Positions 6,952 through 16,028 of a stretch of 27,330 bases of DNA are shown piece after piece. Within the stretch, counting starts at the first letter, position 1. Each line of letters starts with the position of its first letter. The DNA is from Rhodobacterales bacterium (GTDB lineage Bacteria; Pseudomonadota; Alphaproteobacteria; Rhodobacterales; Rhodobacteraceae). The notes beneath the pieces were generated by a model that saw only the letters and a list, made by a program, of their open reading frames with translations, did not search any database and was not told the DNA's origin. Where the stretch lies: assembly GCA_031385205.1 (NCBI GenBank), contig JANNBG010000259.1:1-27330 (forward strand), given 5' to 3'. The translations under genes and the position numbers were made by a program.

Positions 6952-7596
6952 ATGCTCATCGGCTATGCCCGCGTCTCGAAATCGGATGGTTCGCAATCGG
7001 TGGACCTGCAGCGTGATGCGCTGATTGCCGCGGGTGTCGAGGCCGCCCGCATTTACGAAGACCGCGCGTCGGGGGCAAAGGAAGACCGGCCGGGGCTGGA
7101 GGCTTGCCTGCGCAGCCTGCGCGCAGGCGATGTGCTGCTGGTGTGGAAGCTGGACCGGCTGGGCCGCACGCTGACCCATCTGGTCACGCTGGTGCGTGAC
7201 CTTGCGGCGCGCGATGTGGGCTTGCGCGTGCTGACGGGGCAGGGGGCCGAGATTGACACGACCACCTCTGCCGGGCGGATGATCTTTGGCATCTTTGCCA
7301 CGCTGGCGGAGTTCGAGCGTGACCTGATCCGTGAACGCACCATGGCGGGGCTGGCCGCCGCACGGGCACGCGGGCGCAAGGGCGGGCGGGCCTTTGCGCT
7401 GACACGCGCGCAGGTGCGGCTGGCGCAGGCGGCGATGGCCAACAGGGATACATCCGTGATGACCCTGTGCCGCGAGCTGGGCGTGCAGCGCGCGACGCTG
7501 TACCGCTATGTCGGTCCGGACGGCACTTTGCGCGATCATGGGCGGCGGGTTTTGGGCCTGGGGCCTGACACGGAAAGAAAAGCAACTGAGAGTTGA
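6952..7596 (+). CDS. Serine recombinase, resolvase/invertase family (Tn3/Tn5053-type resolvase)
   Basis: MLIGYARVSKSDGSQ (catalytic Ser), EDRASG, DRPGL, VWKLDRLGR, LAEFERDLIRERT..GL.AARARGRKGGR, and a C-terminal HTH (LCRELGVQRATLYRY). Confidence 0.95.
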   Translation: MLIGYARVSKSDGSQSVDLQRDALIAAGVEAARIYEDRASGAKEDRPGLEACLRSLRAGDVLLVWKLDRLGRTLTHLVTLVRDLAARDVGLRVLTGQGAEIDTTTSAGRMIFGIFATLAEFERDLIRERTMAGLAAARARGRKGGRAFALTRAQVRLAQAAMANRDTSVMTLCRELGVQRATLYRYVGPDGTLRDHGRRVLGLGPDTERKATES

Positions 7597-7599
7597 ATT

Positions 7600-7615
7600 T
7601 TAACAATGCCATAAC
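7600..7615. promoter_or_regulatory. CtrA-like site with one mismatch (TTAA-N7-ATAAC)
   Basis: TTAAcaatgccATAAC, about 75 bp upstream of the small membrane protein gene. Confidence 0.4.
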
Positions 7616-7691
7616 GCCTATACATTAAGTCAGTCAGGACGCAGTCTGATTTTGATTGCAGAACACATCACCGCGGCGGGGGCCTGCGCAT

Positions 7692-7883
7692 ATGGATTTC
7701 TGGAGTGTGGCTTTTGTTTTGTATCTGACGGTGACTGTGTTTGCCGTGGTGATGACTTGGCGCGAACAGCGCCAGACCGGGCAGAAAAGTCTGGTTTACA
7801 ACCTGATCGGCTATATGGCCTGCACGGTCTGGCCGCTGGCTATCGCTGTCATCCTGATGACGCTGCGCCTGCGCACGGGCTGA
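7692..7883 (+). CDS. Small two-helix membrane protein (63 aa)
   Basis: MDFWSVAFVLYLTVTVFAVVMTW-REQRQTGQKS-LVYNLIGYMACTVWPLAIAVILMTLRLRTG: two hydrophobic segments separated by a charged loop. Confidence 0.7.
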   Translation: MDFWSVAFVLYLTVTVFAVVMTWREQRQTGQKSLVYNLIGYMACTVWPLAIAVILMTLRLRTG

Positions 7884-8084
7884 GGGCGGCGGCGGGTTAG
7901 ATCATGTGTTCACACTGATGAGTGGACTCATGTTGAGGGGGATGTCTTTCGAAGGCCACTGGCTTCTTCAAGCAGATGACAGAGTTGACCAGAGACAGTC
8001 GGGCATGGCCTTATGCTGCAGGTGAGATCTTTCTCTGATTTCTGTTGTATCGGTTGAGGTCAGCATGCGCCCGGAGATGCCAAG

Positions 8085-10190
8085 ATGTGTTCCACTGTTC
8101 TGTTGCGTTCCGTATGCATAATCTTCAGTGCACTCTTCTTTTTTTCCCTCGAAGTGGCGCTTGCAGAGAGTGTCGTCCAGATCACAAACCCTCAGGCATT
8201 GCGTGACAGTCTTGCAGACGCCAAGCCCGGCACAAACCTTATTCTTGCTGCAGGGGACTATGGGCCGCTGGTGCTGACGGGGGGGGGTGAAGAAGGCCAC
8301 CCCATCACGCTGCGCTCAGCCGATCCTACGGACCCGGCGCAGTTTTCACAGCTGTATCTGAAGGATGCAAAGTATCTGATCCTTGATGGGCTGACGTTTG
8401 ATTACAGCTTCTTACCGGGTGATCCGACGCATGTCAGGCCATTCTCGGTTGAAGATAGCGACAATATCCTTATCCGGCGCTCCCTGTTTGATGGCGATGT
8501 GGCACAGGGCGTGTCACTGAGCGATGATGGCTATGGTAACGGTTATGGGCTGGGGGTCAGCAGATCAACACATGTGACAGTGGAACAGAACGAAATCCGT
8601 CGGTTTCACCGTGGTCTGGTTATCAGCGAAAGCAGCAACATCACCGTTCGAAACAACGATCTATATGGGATGCGCAGTGATGGAATGGACTTTGCACAGG
8701 TCGAAAACCTCCTGATCGCGGAGAACATAATTCGTGACTTCGACGGGTCGGCGCTGTCTGACGATCATCCTGACATGATCCAGTTCTGGACCAGTGGAAC
8801 GACGTCCCCGAGCCGCAATATCGAGATCCGGGACAATGTTCTGAATTCAGGGCTGGGGTGGTACACGCAATCCATTTTCATGCGCAACGAGCGTGTCGAC
8901 CAGGGCGAGGCGGGTTCTGACATGTTTTACCAAGACGTCGTCATCACGGGAAACGTCATCATCAACGCACATCTGCATGGCATTACGGTTGGTGAGACGA
9001 CCGGTCTGCAGATCAGCCACAACACCCTGATCCGAAATGCAGCAACAAAAGGCATTGCCGATGAATCAGGCCTTTGGACACCTGTGATCAATGTGGCGGC
9101 CACATCGACCGATGTGAAGATCGTGCAGAATGTTACCCCCATGATCGCAGGGTATGACGGGCAGGCGGATTGGACGGTCTTGGATAACCTTCTGATCCAG
9201 GATCAAAATGTGCACAGCCCAGGGTTCTATGACACCGTCTTTGTTGCGGCCCGGACCGGCGATCCGCGCCAGCTCGCATCCTTTGGATATCTGCCGGGTG
9301 GACCACTTGATGGGACAGGGCTGGGGGCGTCCCGGCTTGCCGATATCTTGCAACATGCAGTCCTGACCCCGGTGATACAGGTCGTCGCAGACCCCGCGGC
9401 GCTGAACCGCTTTACCTTTGACGCAGGCCTGAGCGCAGGATCAGACGGAACGCTTGGCCCGGCCACCAGCTTCCACTGGATGTTTGCGGATGGGACGCGC
9501 ATGGAAGGCCAGAAGATCACACGTGTTTTTGGCACAGCGGGCGTCCAGAAGGTTACCCTGCACATCCGCCCGCCCCATGGCGACCTGATGGAAACAACGG
9601 CACAACTCACGGTCCCAAGCCCTGAGGTATTGACCTTTACCGCCGAGACAACACAAATCCTGTCATGGTCCGCAGGCACCCCCCGCCCAGTTCCCGAAAC
9701 CCCCAGTGGCGTGACACGCCTGCGCACCGGCCAGGTGCCCATCTCCATCCCACCCGAATATATGCGTGCTTTCTTTGATGCGGGTGATTTCGAACTGTTG
9801 CTCACGCTCCGACCGATTGGATCAGACCCCGCGGGTGAATTGCTCCGCATCCATACGAACCTTCTGGTCACGATCACCCCGCGTGGTGCCATCGAGGTTG
9901 ATTTTGATACAGGTGCGGGGGGCCAGATCCACCTTGCCACGGGGCCTTTACACCTTTTCACGGACGGATGGCACGACATGCGTCTGCGCTATTCGGCAAC
10001 AACGGGGCGTTTTGACATTGCGCTGGATGGTCAAGTCGTCGCTGAGGCCCACACCGCTGGGCTGACCAAGCCGCTTGAATACTGGGGGTTTTCACTGGGC
10101 AACCCGTTTGGCGACAGAAAATCATTTGAAGGAGAGATCAAAGACCTGATATTGCGCAGCAACGTTGAACGTTTTGTGCCTGCGCCATGA
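8085..10190 (+). CDS. Sec-exported right-handed parallel beta-helix protein with PKD and LamG/concanavalin-A-like domains (candidate polysaccharide-modifying enzyme)
   Basis: Signal peptide ending VALA|ES. Beta-helix repeats (NITVRNNDL, NLLIAENII, NIEIRDNVL, DVVITGNVI). PKD-like FHWMFADGT..EGQKITRVF; LamG-like LFTDGWHDMRLRY...IALDG. Confidence 0.85.
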   Translation: MCSTVLLRSVCIIFSALFFFSLEVALAESVVQITNPQALRDSLADAKPGTNLILAAGDYGPLVLTGGGEEGHPITLRSADPTDPAQFSQLYLKDAKYLILDGLTFDYSFLPGDPTHVRPFSVEDSDNILIRRSLFDGDVAQGVSLSDDGYGNGYGLGVSRSTHVTVEQNEIRRFHRGLVISESSNITVRNNDLYGMRSDGMDFAQVENLLIAENIIRDFDGSALSDDHPDMIQFWTSGTTSPSRNIEIRDNVLNSGLGWYTQSIFMRNERVDQGEAGSDMFYQDVVITGNVIINAHLHGITVGETTGLQISHNTLIRNAATKGIADESGLWTPVINVAATSTDVKIVQNVTPMIAGYDGQADWTVLDNLLIQDQNVHSPGFYDTVFVAARTGDPRQLASFGYLPGGPLDGTGLGASRLADILQHAVLTPVIQVVADPAALNRFTFDAGLSAGSDGTLGPATSFHWMFADGTRMEGQKITRVFGTAGVQKVTLHIRPPHGDLMETTAQLTVPSPEVLTFTAETTQILSWSAGTPRPVPETPSGVTRLRTGQVPISIPPEYMRAFFDAGDFELLLTLRPIGSDPAGELLRIHTNLLVTITPRGAIEVDFDTGAGGQIHLATGPLHLFTDGWHDMRLRYSATTGRFDIALDGQVVAEAHTAGLTKPLEYWGFSLGNPFGDRKSFEGEIKDLILRSNVERFVPAP

Positions 10191-10203
10191 TATTGCCTGC
10201 ACC

Positions 10204-11376
10204 TTATCGTTTTGCAGCTGCGATCTTTTCCATCACATCCCCAAGGGCTAATTCATAAACCGCAAGTTTTTGCAGACCCAGATCGTATGCAGCCAGCATG
10301 TCATGGGCAAGGGCCGCGCGCCCGTCATACGCTGTCTGGATCTTTTGTTGGATTGCCGCCGCCGTCTCTGCCGTGCAATCAACCGTATGATGATATCCAA
10401 GGCTTCCAAAAAGGCCGGCAAACTTGCGGCTATACGCCATGGGAACCACCGGGACACCGGCTGAAAAGGCCGCGATGCAGGCATGCATCCGGGCCCCCAT
10501 GAAGAAATCCAGACCGGCGATGTAGCTTTTCGCCTCCGATGGTGACGCAAAGCGCGGCGCAACTTTCACCTCTGGAAACGCCACTGCAAGGTCGAGAGAG
10601 GCCTGATAATCATCTTCTAATGCGCTGCGATCCCAAGAAATGACATGTGGTACCAGATGCAGCTCACACCCATCGGGGTGGGCTAAGAAATCTGTGATAA
10701 GACTGCGGATCAGCGTACCGTAATCCATTTTCAGACCAAACATGTTATTGCGGGTATAGCCCCCATTCATCAGAAGACCCGAAACATTCAACCCAACCCG
10801 GACTGGGGTTCCCGCCGCCCGTGGCGCAGGCGGGGTGAAGGGCAACCGCAGTGCCACATCTGACGCCTCAATCGTTCTGCACCCAACGCCCATTGTCTGC
10901 AGCGCTGCCGTTGACAACGCATCCCGTGTCACCACGATCTTTGACATCCGGATAGATTGCGCTGCAATCGCCTGACGCAGGCGCGACCTGAACGGTCCGA
11001 TCGTCTGCGGCGCCAACACCAAAGCGCGACCTGACAGATGCACGAGGTATTTCAGCAGATGCATCTTGGTAAAGCGCTTCCAGCCGTAAATATCGGCAAA
11101 GCTGTCGCCACCGCCAATGTCAATCACCAGATCGTTTTGACGTACCGTACGGAAAAACGTGAAAGGATGACGCATCGGGCGTAACATCGTGACCTGCACG
11201 TCGTTGCCACAAATGTAGGGAGGCCGCGGCCCAAAGCTGTCGATGACGGTGATCTGAACATCAAGACCACGGACCTGTGCAATCTGACGCAGGATCTCGA
11301 CCTCGGATACGCTCAGCGCCCCCACCCCAAGGTTATCATTTTTGGCGGAATGGAACAGCAGTGCAATTTTAAGCAT
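10204..11376 (-). CDS. Polysaccharide pyruvyl transferase family protein (WcaK-like)
   Basis: NDNLGVGAL, DIGGGDSFADIYG, APQTIGPF, TRDALS, SDVAL and GARMHACIAAFSAGVPVVPMAYSRKF motifs. Confidence 0.9.
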   Translation of the reverse strand: MLKIALLFHSAKNDNLGVGALSVSEVEILRQIAQVRGLDVQITVIDSFGPRPPYICGNDVQVTMLRPMRHPFTFFRTVRQNDLVIDIGGGDSFADIYGWKRFTKMHLLKYLVHLSGRALVLAPQTIGPFRSRLRQAIAAQSIRMSKIVVTRDALSTAALQTMGVGCRTIEASDVALRLPFTPPAPRAAGTPVRVGLNVSGLLMNGGYTRNNMFGLKMDYGTLIRSLITDFLAHPDGCELHLVPHVISWDRSALEDDYQASLDLAVAFPEVKVAPRFASPSEAKSYIAGLDFFMGARMHACIAAFSAGVPVVPMAYSRKFAGLFGSLGYHHTVDCTAETAAAIQQKIQTAYDGRAALAHDMLAAYDLGLQKLAVYELALGDVMEKIAAAKR

Positions 11377-11397
11377 TATTTTTGCCCACGAGAGTCT

Positions 11398-11610
11398 TCA
11401 GTGATGCCGCAGTAGACCAAAATACCCGAGAGCCAATGCGGAATACTCTGGCAGAAACCATATCAGGCTTAAGAGGATAAAGACAAGCCGTGATGCATCG
11501 GTGAAACTGAAAATGCCTGTATAAGTTTTAGGACGACACCCCGTTACGAATGGGAAACGACCGTTCGCCCCGCTGCGGCTGGCAGTGCCAGCTATTATGC
11601 GGAGTTTCAC
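11398..11610 (-). CDS. Possible 70-aa hydrophobic ORF filling the gap between wzy-like and pyruvyltransferase genes
   Basis: GTG start overlaps the upstream TGA (GTGA 11610-11607); C-terminal hydrophobic stretch LVFILLSLIWFLPEYSALALGYFGLL. May be non-coding. Confidence 0.3.
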   Translation of the reverse strand: MKLRIIAGTASRSGANGRFPFVTGCRPKTYTGIFSFTDASRLVFILLSLIWFLPEYSALALGYFGLLRHH

Positions 11611-12992
11611 TTGGATTCTGGAAAACGGGTATACGCAGGTCTCCCATCGCGTACCGGGGGGGTCACACGTTTTGCCGTCTGTGCTTGCGGTAAGTCAACA
11701 TTCGCCGTGATCATCCAAACCCCTGCGCCGAACATGAAGAATACATATGACATCACCGTCGCCCAAACATCGACCGTGCATAGCGTCAGCACCAGACCAA
11801 TCATTGTGAAAACCCATGCCCGCCGCAACTGCCACACGACGGGATTACCATCAACATTTCGCCACATGACACGCCAAATCACGGTCACAAATCCAAACAC
11901 AAGCAGGAGGAATGCTGGAATGCCATATCGTACCGTCGTCAACAGCCAAAAATTATCCAGACTTTGCGAGATTTTCCACCATGGCCGCTCCCAGTTGTTC
12001 AGGCCGATGCCCAGAAACGGGTTTTTCCGTACATTGACCATGCCCCATTCAAATACGACAACACGACCATAGGCTGTATCCGAGGAGAGGGTGGCATATT
12101 CCAGGAAGACGTCAATGGCCGTTCGATTTGATATCGTGTCAACGACAACATAGGCTGTAATGATAAAAATGCAGAGAAACACCCATTTTTTTTTGAAGCC
12201 ACTGAAAATATATGCCCATGCGACCAGCCCAATTTGAAGCACAAGTGGCAAGAGGGCCCCACTGGAAACTGAGGCAATCACACCTAAACAAATTGCGATG
12301 GATAGACCATAACGGATGAGTGGCTTGAACAATCCCTTGAACCCCACGATGACCAGTGAGAACGCGGTTGAACAGAATAGGCCGTAATGGATAGGATGTA
12401 CAAAAAATACCTGAGATCGTTCCAACCCCAAGCGTCGCCCCGCATCTTCGTTATAGAAGTCAGCCATACTGTAGAAGTATGGCAGCTTGTTTATAAGCCC
12501 TGGGATGACTGCGTAACCCGTTTGTGTTTCGTAAAAGGCGAAGGGAAGAGAAAACAGAATAAGTATGAACACAGCCTTGCAGAAATTGATGAAATCTGAC
12601 GGTGTTCTGATATAGGCTCTGGCGAGAATGTAACTTCCATAAAGCTCCAGTGTATAAGATCCGCCAAACGATATGGCCTGATCGGGCGTGTTGATTGCCA
12701 GTGCGAATATGGCCAGGCTGGTAAAGATAAAGAACAGAACATCAGTCAGAATAACCTTTCCGTAAGCCCCCGAGAATAGTCTGAGGAATACAGGTACAAA
12801 TGTTGCAAGTAAAACCAGTCTTACACCGGTCATAAATATGGTCCCGACGTTAAATTCGACAGGTATGGCAATCATCAGGAAATACAAGGCGATAGGCAGC
12901 GGGAGCATAGGGAAAATTCCTTGACGTTCACTGTCTTTTTCGATTTGGACGATATCCTTCATCTCACTTGACCCTTTTATCGTCATACTCAT
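11607..12992 (-). CDS. Wzy polymerase / O-antigen-ligase-family integral membrane protein
   Basis: Many hydrophobic helices with a large loop (GRRLGLERSQVFFVHPIHYG), SSGA, R..W..G...PFLGIG and SLDNFWL...RYGIPA motifs; context of an EPS cluster. Confidence 0.85.
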   Translation of the reverse strand: MSMTIKGSSEMKDIVQIEKDSERQGIFPMLPLPIALYFLMIAIPVEFNVGTIFMTGVRLVLLATFVPVFLRLFSGAYGKVILTDVLFFIFTSLAIFALAINTPDQAISFGGSYTLELYGSYILARAYIRTPSDFINFCKAVFILILFSLPFAFYETQTGYAVIPGLINKLPYFYSMADFYNEDAGRRLGLERSQVFFVHPIHYGLFCSTAFSLVIVGFKGLFKPLIRYGLSIAICLGVIASVSSGALLPLVLQIGLVAWAYIFSGFKKKWVFLCIFIITAYVVVDTISNRTAIDVFLEYATLSSDTAYGRVVVFEWGMVNVRKNPFLGIGLNNWERPWWKISQSLDNFWLLTTVRYGIPAFLLLVFGFVTVIWRVMWRNVDGNPVVWQLRRAWVFTMIGLVLTLCTVDVWATVMSYVFFMFGAGVWMITANVDLPQAQTAKRVTPPVRDGRPAYTRFPESK

Positions 12993-13004
12993 TTCCGCAG
13001 CGCT

Positions 13005-13682
13005 TCACCAATATAAGTATGTACGTCTTGCTTTTTTAGCGACCGCCAATACAACACGATAGAGCCGACCAGAATTGTGGACGTTCCAATCCAGATTGTG
13101 GATATCTGTCGTCTCTCTGATCGACGTTCTTGGCTTGAAAAGCCTTTTCGTATTTATCTTTCCCGTGTCACTGTTGTATGCACTGGTATAGCCAGCCTCT
13201 TTCAGGCCTCGAAAAACACGCCCGTTATATTCACCATACGGAATGGCTGCACTAACTATTGTTCTGCCGCAAATGTCTGCTAGCCGATCCCTCGATACTT
13301 CCAGTTCAGATGCAAGCTGGTCGCGGTTGAGCTTTCTCCAATCGACATGATCGACGCCATGACTTCCGATCTCCATGCCGGCGGCCTGAAGGTCTTGAAT
13401 ATTGGAAACGCTCAGTGACCCCGCTGTGCCGATGCGTCCGGTCACTACAAAGAACTCTGCCTGCAATCCTCTGGCGATCAGGTGCGGCAGGGCAATTTCA
13501 ATATCCGAAAGATTGCCGTCATCAAAACTGATATGGACCTGTGAGGGGTCGGGGAGCGTTGTGATCCAGTCGAGGATGTCAACGAACTTTTGCACGCTGA
13601 TCCAGCAGCTTGCTTCGCCGTGCTCCAGGTCACGTTTTGGGGTGCCAATGCCATGAAAGACCAGTCCTACTTTCAGTGACAT
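13005..13682 (-). CDS. Polysaccharide deacetylase (CE4/NodB homology), 225 aa
   Basis: GAGGAG RBS before ATG 13682; ISFDDGN, EIGSHGVDH and AIPYGEY motifs. The track start at 13862 lies inside the upstream gene. Confidence 0.9.
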   Translation of the reverse strand: MSLKVGLVFHGIGTPKRDLEHGEASCWISVQKFVDILDWITTLPDPSQVHISFDDGNLSDIEIALPHLIARGLQAEFFVVTGRIGTAGSLSVSNIQDLQAAGMEIGSHGVDHVDWRKLNRDQLASELEVSRDRLADICGRTIVSAAIPYGEYNGRVFRGLKEAGYTSAYNSDTGKINTKRLFKPRTSIRETTDIHNLDWNVHNSGRLYRVVLAVAKKARRTYLYW

Positions 13683-13695
13683 CTGTGGCTCCTCG

Positions 13696-14751
13696 TCATG
13701 GCCGGAGCCGAGCGCGCAGCTGCTCCAACCCGATAATCGCCTTTGCCATAAGGCCTTCGGGCTGCGCTTGGAAGACCTCTGCCGTGATCCATAGACCCCC
13801 CATGCGCTCCTTGAAGCGCGCGACATCAGGATTGGTCGCGACATCGACGCCGCCAAGATCATACCAGTGCAACCCCCGCTCTTGCGACTGCAGGATGGCC
13901 TGCCATGTCAGAACATACCCGGCGCGCAGGGGCCGTCCAGCCGCATCGGTGGCCCCGTACAGATATGTGGCCGTGTGTCCCGCGCGTCCGACAACAATGC
14001 CCGCAACATCTTTGCCGTCTTTTGCCGCAATCAGTATCTCGAGCGCATAGTCGGGATGGTCGTTTCGGGATGTGACCATATCAAAATGAAAGTCCGGAAA
14101 AATATTGGGACGAAATCCCTTTGCCTGCTGCACGCGGGCAAAAAGGGCCAGAAACCGTTCCTGCAGATCCCTGTCCGCGCCACACTGCAGCGTCATTCCG
14201 GATTTCAGACCAAATCTTAAGTCTGTTCGCCACTTCCCGCTCATGCCGGCCAGTAAGGTGTCGGGCTTCTGTGTCAGATCGAGAGCATAGCTGCGAGAGG
14301 GTGGTTGGGCAGGGTAGGGTAAGAACCCGGCCGCTGTGGCCGCGTCACGTGCCAGGGCGGTGTCGTATCGGGCAATGCCTGGCAGGCGCAGGCGCAATAT
14401 ATGCCCTTCTCGGTCGCAGAGTTGGTGGCGCAGCGCATTGAGAATATCCGTCAGATGGGCCGCGTCCGGCGTCGCAAAGCCATTTATCAGGGTCAAAGGG
14501 CCAGATGGCAGCCACGCGATGCCACGCCCCAGAACGGGAATACGCCGCAGCCGTATGGCTGCAGCCCCGAGCAGGCGCGTATCACTTTCAACGGCCATCA
14601 GGCGCACAGCGGCCCCAAGGCGGGCGGCAGCATGCTGTGCAAACGTCAAAGATTGCTCAAGCGTGACATCCCCGAAGCACTGCAGGTTCTCGGACCATTC
14701 CCTGGGGGAGATATCCCGGACCTGCAGCATGCTGATTGCGCCCGGGGTCAT
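13696..14751 (-). CDS. FemAB/FemX-like tandem-GNAT acyl/aminoacyl transferase
   Basis: LDL...LLAGMSGKWRTDLRFGLKSG, YLYGATD...AGYVLTWQAI, WYDLGG and RFKERMGG motifs. ATG 14751 overlaps the upstream TGA (ATGA). Confidence 0.85.
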   Translation of the reverse strand: MTPGAISMLQVRDISPREWSENLQCFGDVTLEQSLTFAQHAAARLGAAVRLMAVESDTRLLGAAAIRLRRIPVLGRGIAWLPSGPLTLINGFATPDAAHLTDILNALRHQLCDREGHILRLRLPGIARYDTALARDAATAAGFLPYPAQPPSRSYALDLTQKPDTLLAGMSGKWRTDLRFGLKSGMTLQCGADRDLQERFLALFARVQQAKGFRPNIFPDFHFDMVTSRNDHPDYALEILIAAKDGKDVAGIVVGRAGHTATYLYGATDAAGRPLRAGYVLTWQAILQSQERGLHWYDLGGVDVATNPDVARFKERMGGLWITAEVFQAQPEGLMAKAIIGLEQLRARLRP

Positions 14752-16028
14752 AGGCGCGTCCTGATCCAGGTGCGCCACAGGGGGCGGGGCTGCTGACCTG
14801 TCATCCGGCGCATGCGTGGGGCGATCTTCCAAAACCAGAGACGATAATAGAACAGATGGATCAGGTTTGCCCAGACAAGCAGCACGCGCAAGCGCCTGCG
14901 GCCGGATGACGACGCCGGGCTGATGACCATGCGATGTACAGGGATGCGCTGCCCTCCATAGGCCAGTTTATAGTCATATTCCCCCCGGCCGGCCTCGATA
15001 AGGGTCACACCATCGGTGATGAGCTGCTTGATCATCAGCAGTAATCCGACTTTGCCGATGCTGAACCGATCTGCCGCAATTTCAACGGTCCGCGCAGGCA
15101 GTCGCCACTGTGCTGCAGGCCCGCGCACCAGCACGAACTGTGTCGCAAGTGGCCCCATGCGCCCGGTCTGGGTGTGAAGCTGCACAGGACCGGGTCTTGC
15201 CGCGGCCGCCACGCGCGTGGCAAAATCGGTGTAGAACCCCTGACTTCCGGGCCAGTCACCGAAATGGCCTGCCATGCCGACGGCCTGCCATTGCTGGGTA
15301 TGAAACGCGACAAAATCGGTGAATTCCTGGGCGGTCGGCAGCGTCACCTGTGTCGTCATGGCGTAGGCGGCTTCAAGACCTTGGATATCGCGCCGAAACT
15401 GGCTGCGGCGGTTCTTTGAAAGCTGCCCGAGATAGGTTTCAAAATCATGCGGCAGATCAAAGACGACATGGGCCCCGTCGGGGATATCTGTCAGCTGCAT
15501 GGCGCTGTGTGATGCGCAGATGGCATGGGTGAGGCTGGCCAGATCGGAGCGCGCGGACACGGGCGTCAGGCTGATGGCATCACAGCGCTCCGGCCCCAAA
15601 AGATGGGAGAAACTGTCGCCGATCATGCTGGCCACACACAGCGGGTCCACCGGGACGCGCAACACGATGCAATGCGGATCGGTCCCCGCAAAGCGCGCAA
15701 CCCGGATCGAGATCGGTCCCACCCTGATCCTTTCGATTGCAAAGGGCAAAACGCCGACCAGATGCCCCTGCTGTCGTGCCACAAGACAGGCAAGCTGCCG
15801 CTCCGCACCAAAATGGTCCCACCAGGTGTCAAACCAGTCAGGCCATAAATAGACATCCGCGTCTGTGGCCGCGGCGAGATCCCGCCACTCTGCATAAAGC
15901 GGGGCAAGATCCGCACGTTGCGAAACCCATGTCAGTTGCAAGCCATCCGCAGCGGCAACAGGGTTCCCGGTTTCGGCTTGGCCGGGTGACAGCATAGGCG
16001 TGTCAAGAAGGGGAAGGGGCTGCTTCAC
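14748..16028 (-). CDS. CelD/BcsL-like GNAT acyltransferase (start GTG 16028 or ATG 16055)
   Basis: YAEWRDL...YLWPDWFDTWWDHFG, LVGVLPFAI, FETYLGQLSKNRRSQFRR and SIGKVGLLLMIK...GRGEYDYK motifs. Confidence 0.85.
   Translation of the reverse strand: MKQPLPLLDTPMLSPGQAETGNPVAAADGLQLTWVSQRADLAPLYAEWRDLAAATDADVYLWPDWFDTWWDHFGAERQLACLVARQQGHLVGVLPFAIERIRVGPISIRVARFAGTDPHCIVLRVPVDPLCVASMIGDSFSHLLGPERCDAISLTPVSARSDLASLTHAICASHSAMQLTDIPDGAHVVFDLPHDFETYLGQLSKNRRSQFRRDIQGLEAAYAMTTQVTLPTAQEFTDFVAFHTQQWQAVGMAGHFGDWPGSQGFYTDFATRVAAAARPGPVQLHTQTGRMGPLATQFVLVRGPAAQWRLPARTVEIAADRFSIGKVGLLLMIKQLITDGVTLIEAGRGEYDYKLAYGGQRIPVHRMVISPASSSGRRRLRVLLVWANLIHLFYYRLWFWKIAPRMRRMTGQQPRPLWRTWIRTRL

Noticed and set aside
6368-7016. 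Plus-strand ORFs 6368-6676 and 6618-7016
   Set aside because: Antisense to the truncated VPLPA gene or spanning the res region; no coding signal.
6931-7539. 202-aa minus-strand ORF
   Set aside because: Antisense shadow of the resolvase.
6800-7700. Complete Tn3-family transposon
   Set aside because: No transposase, terminal inverted repeats or target duplication found.
13696-14751. Peptidoglycan interpeptide-bridge FemAB
   Set aside because: Gram-negative host and EPS operon context; no cell-wall genes nearby.
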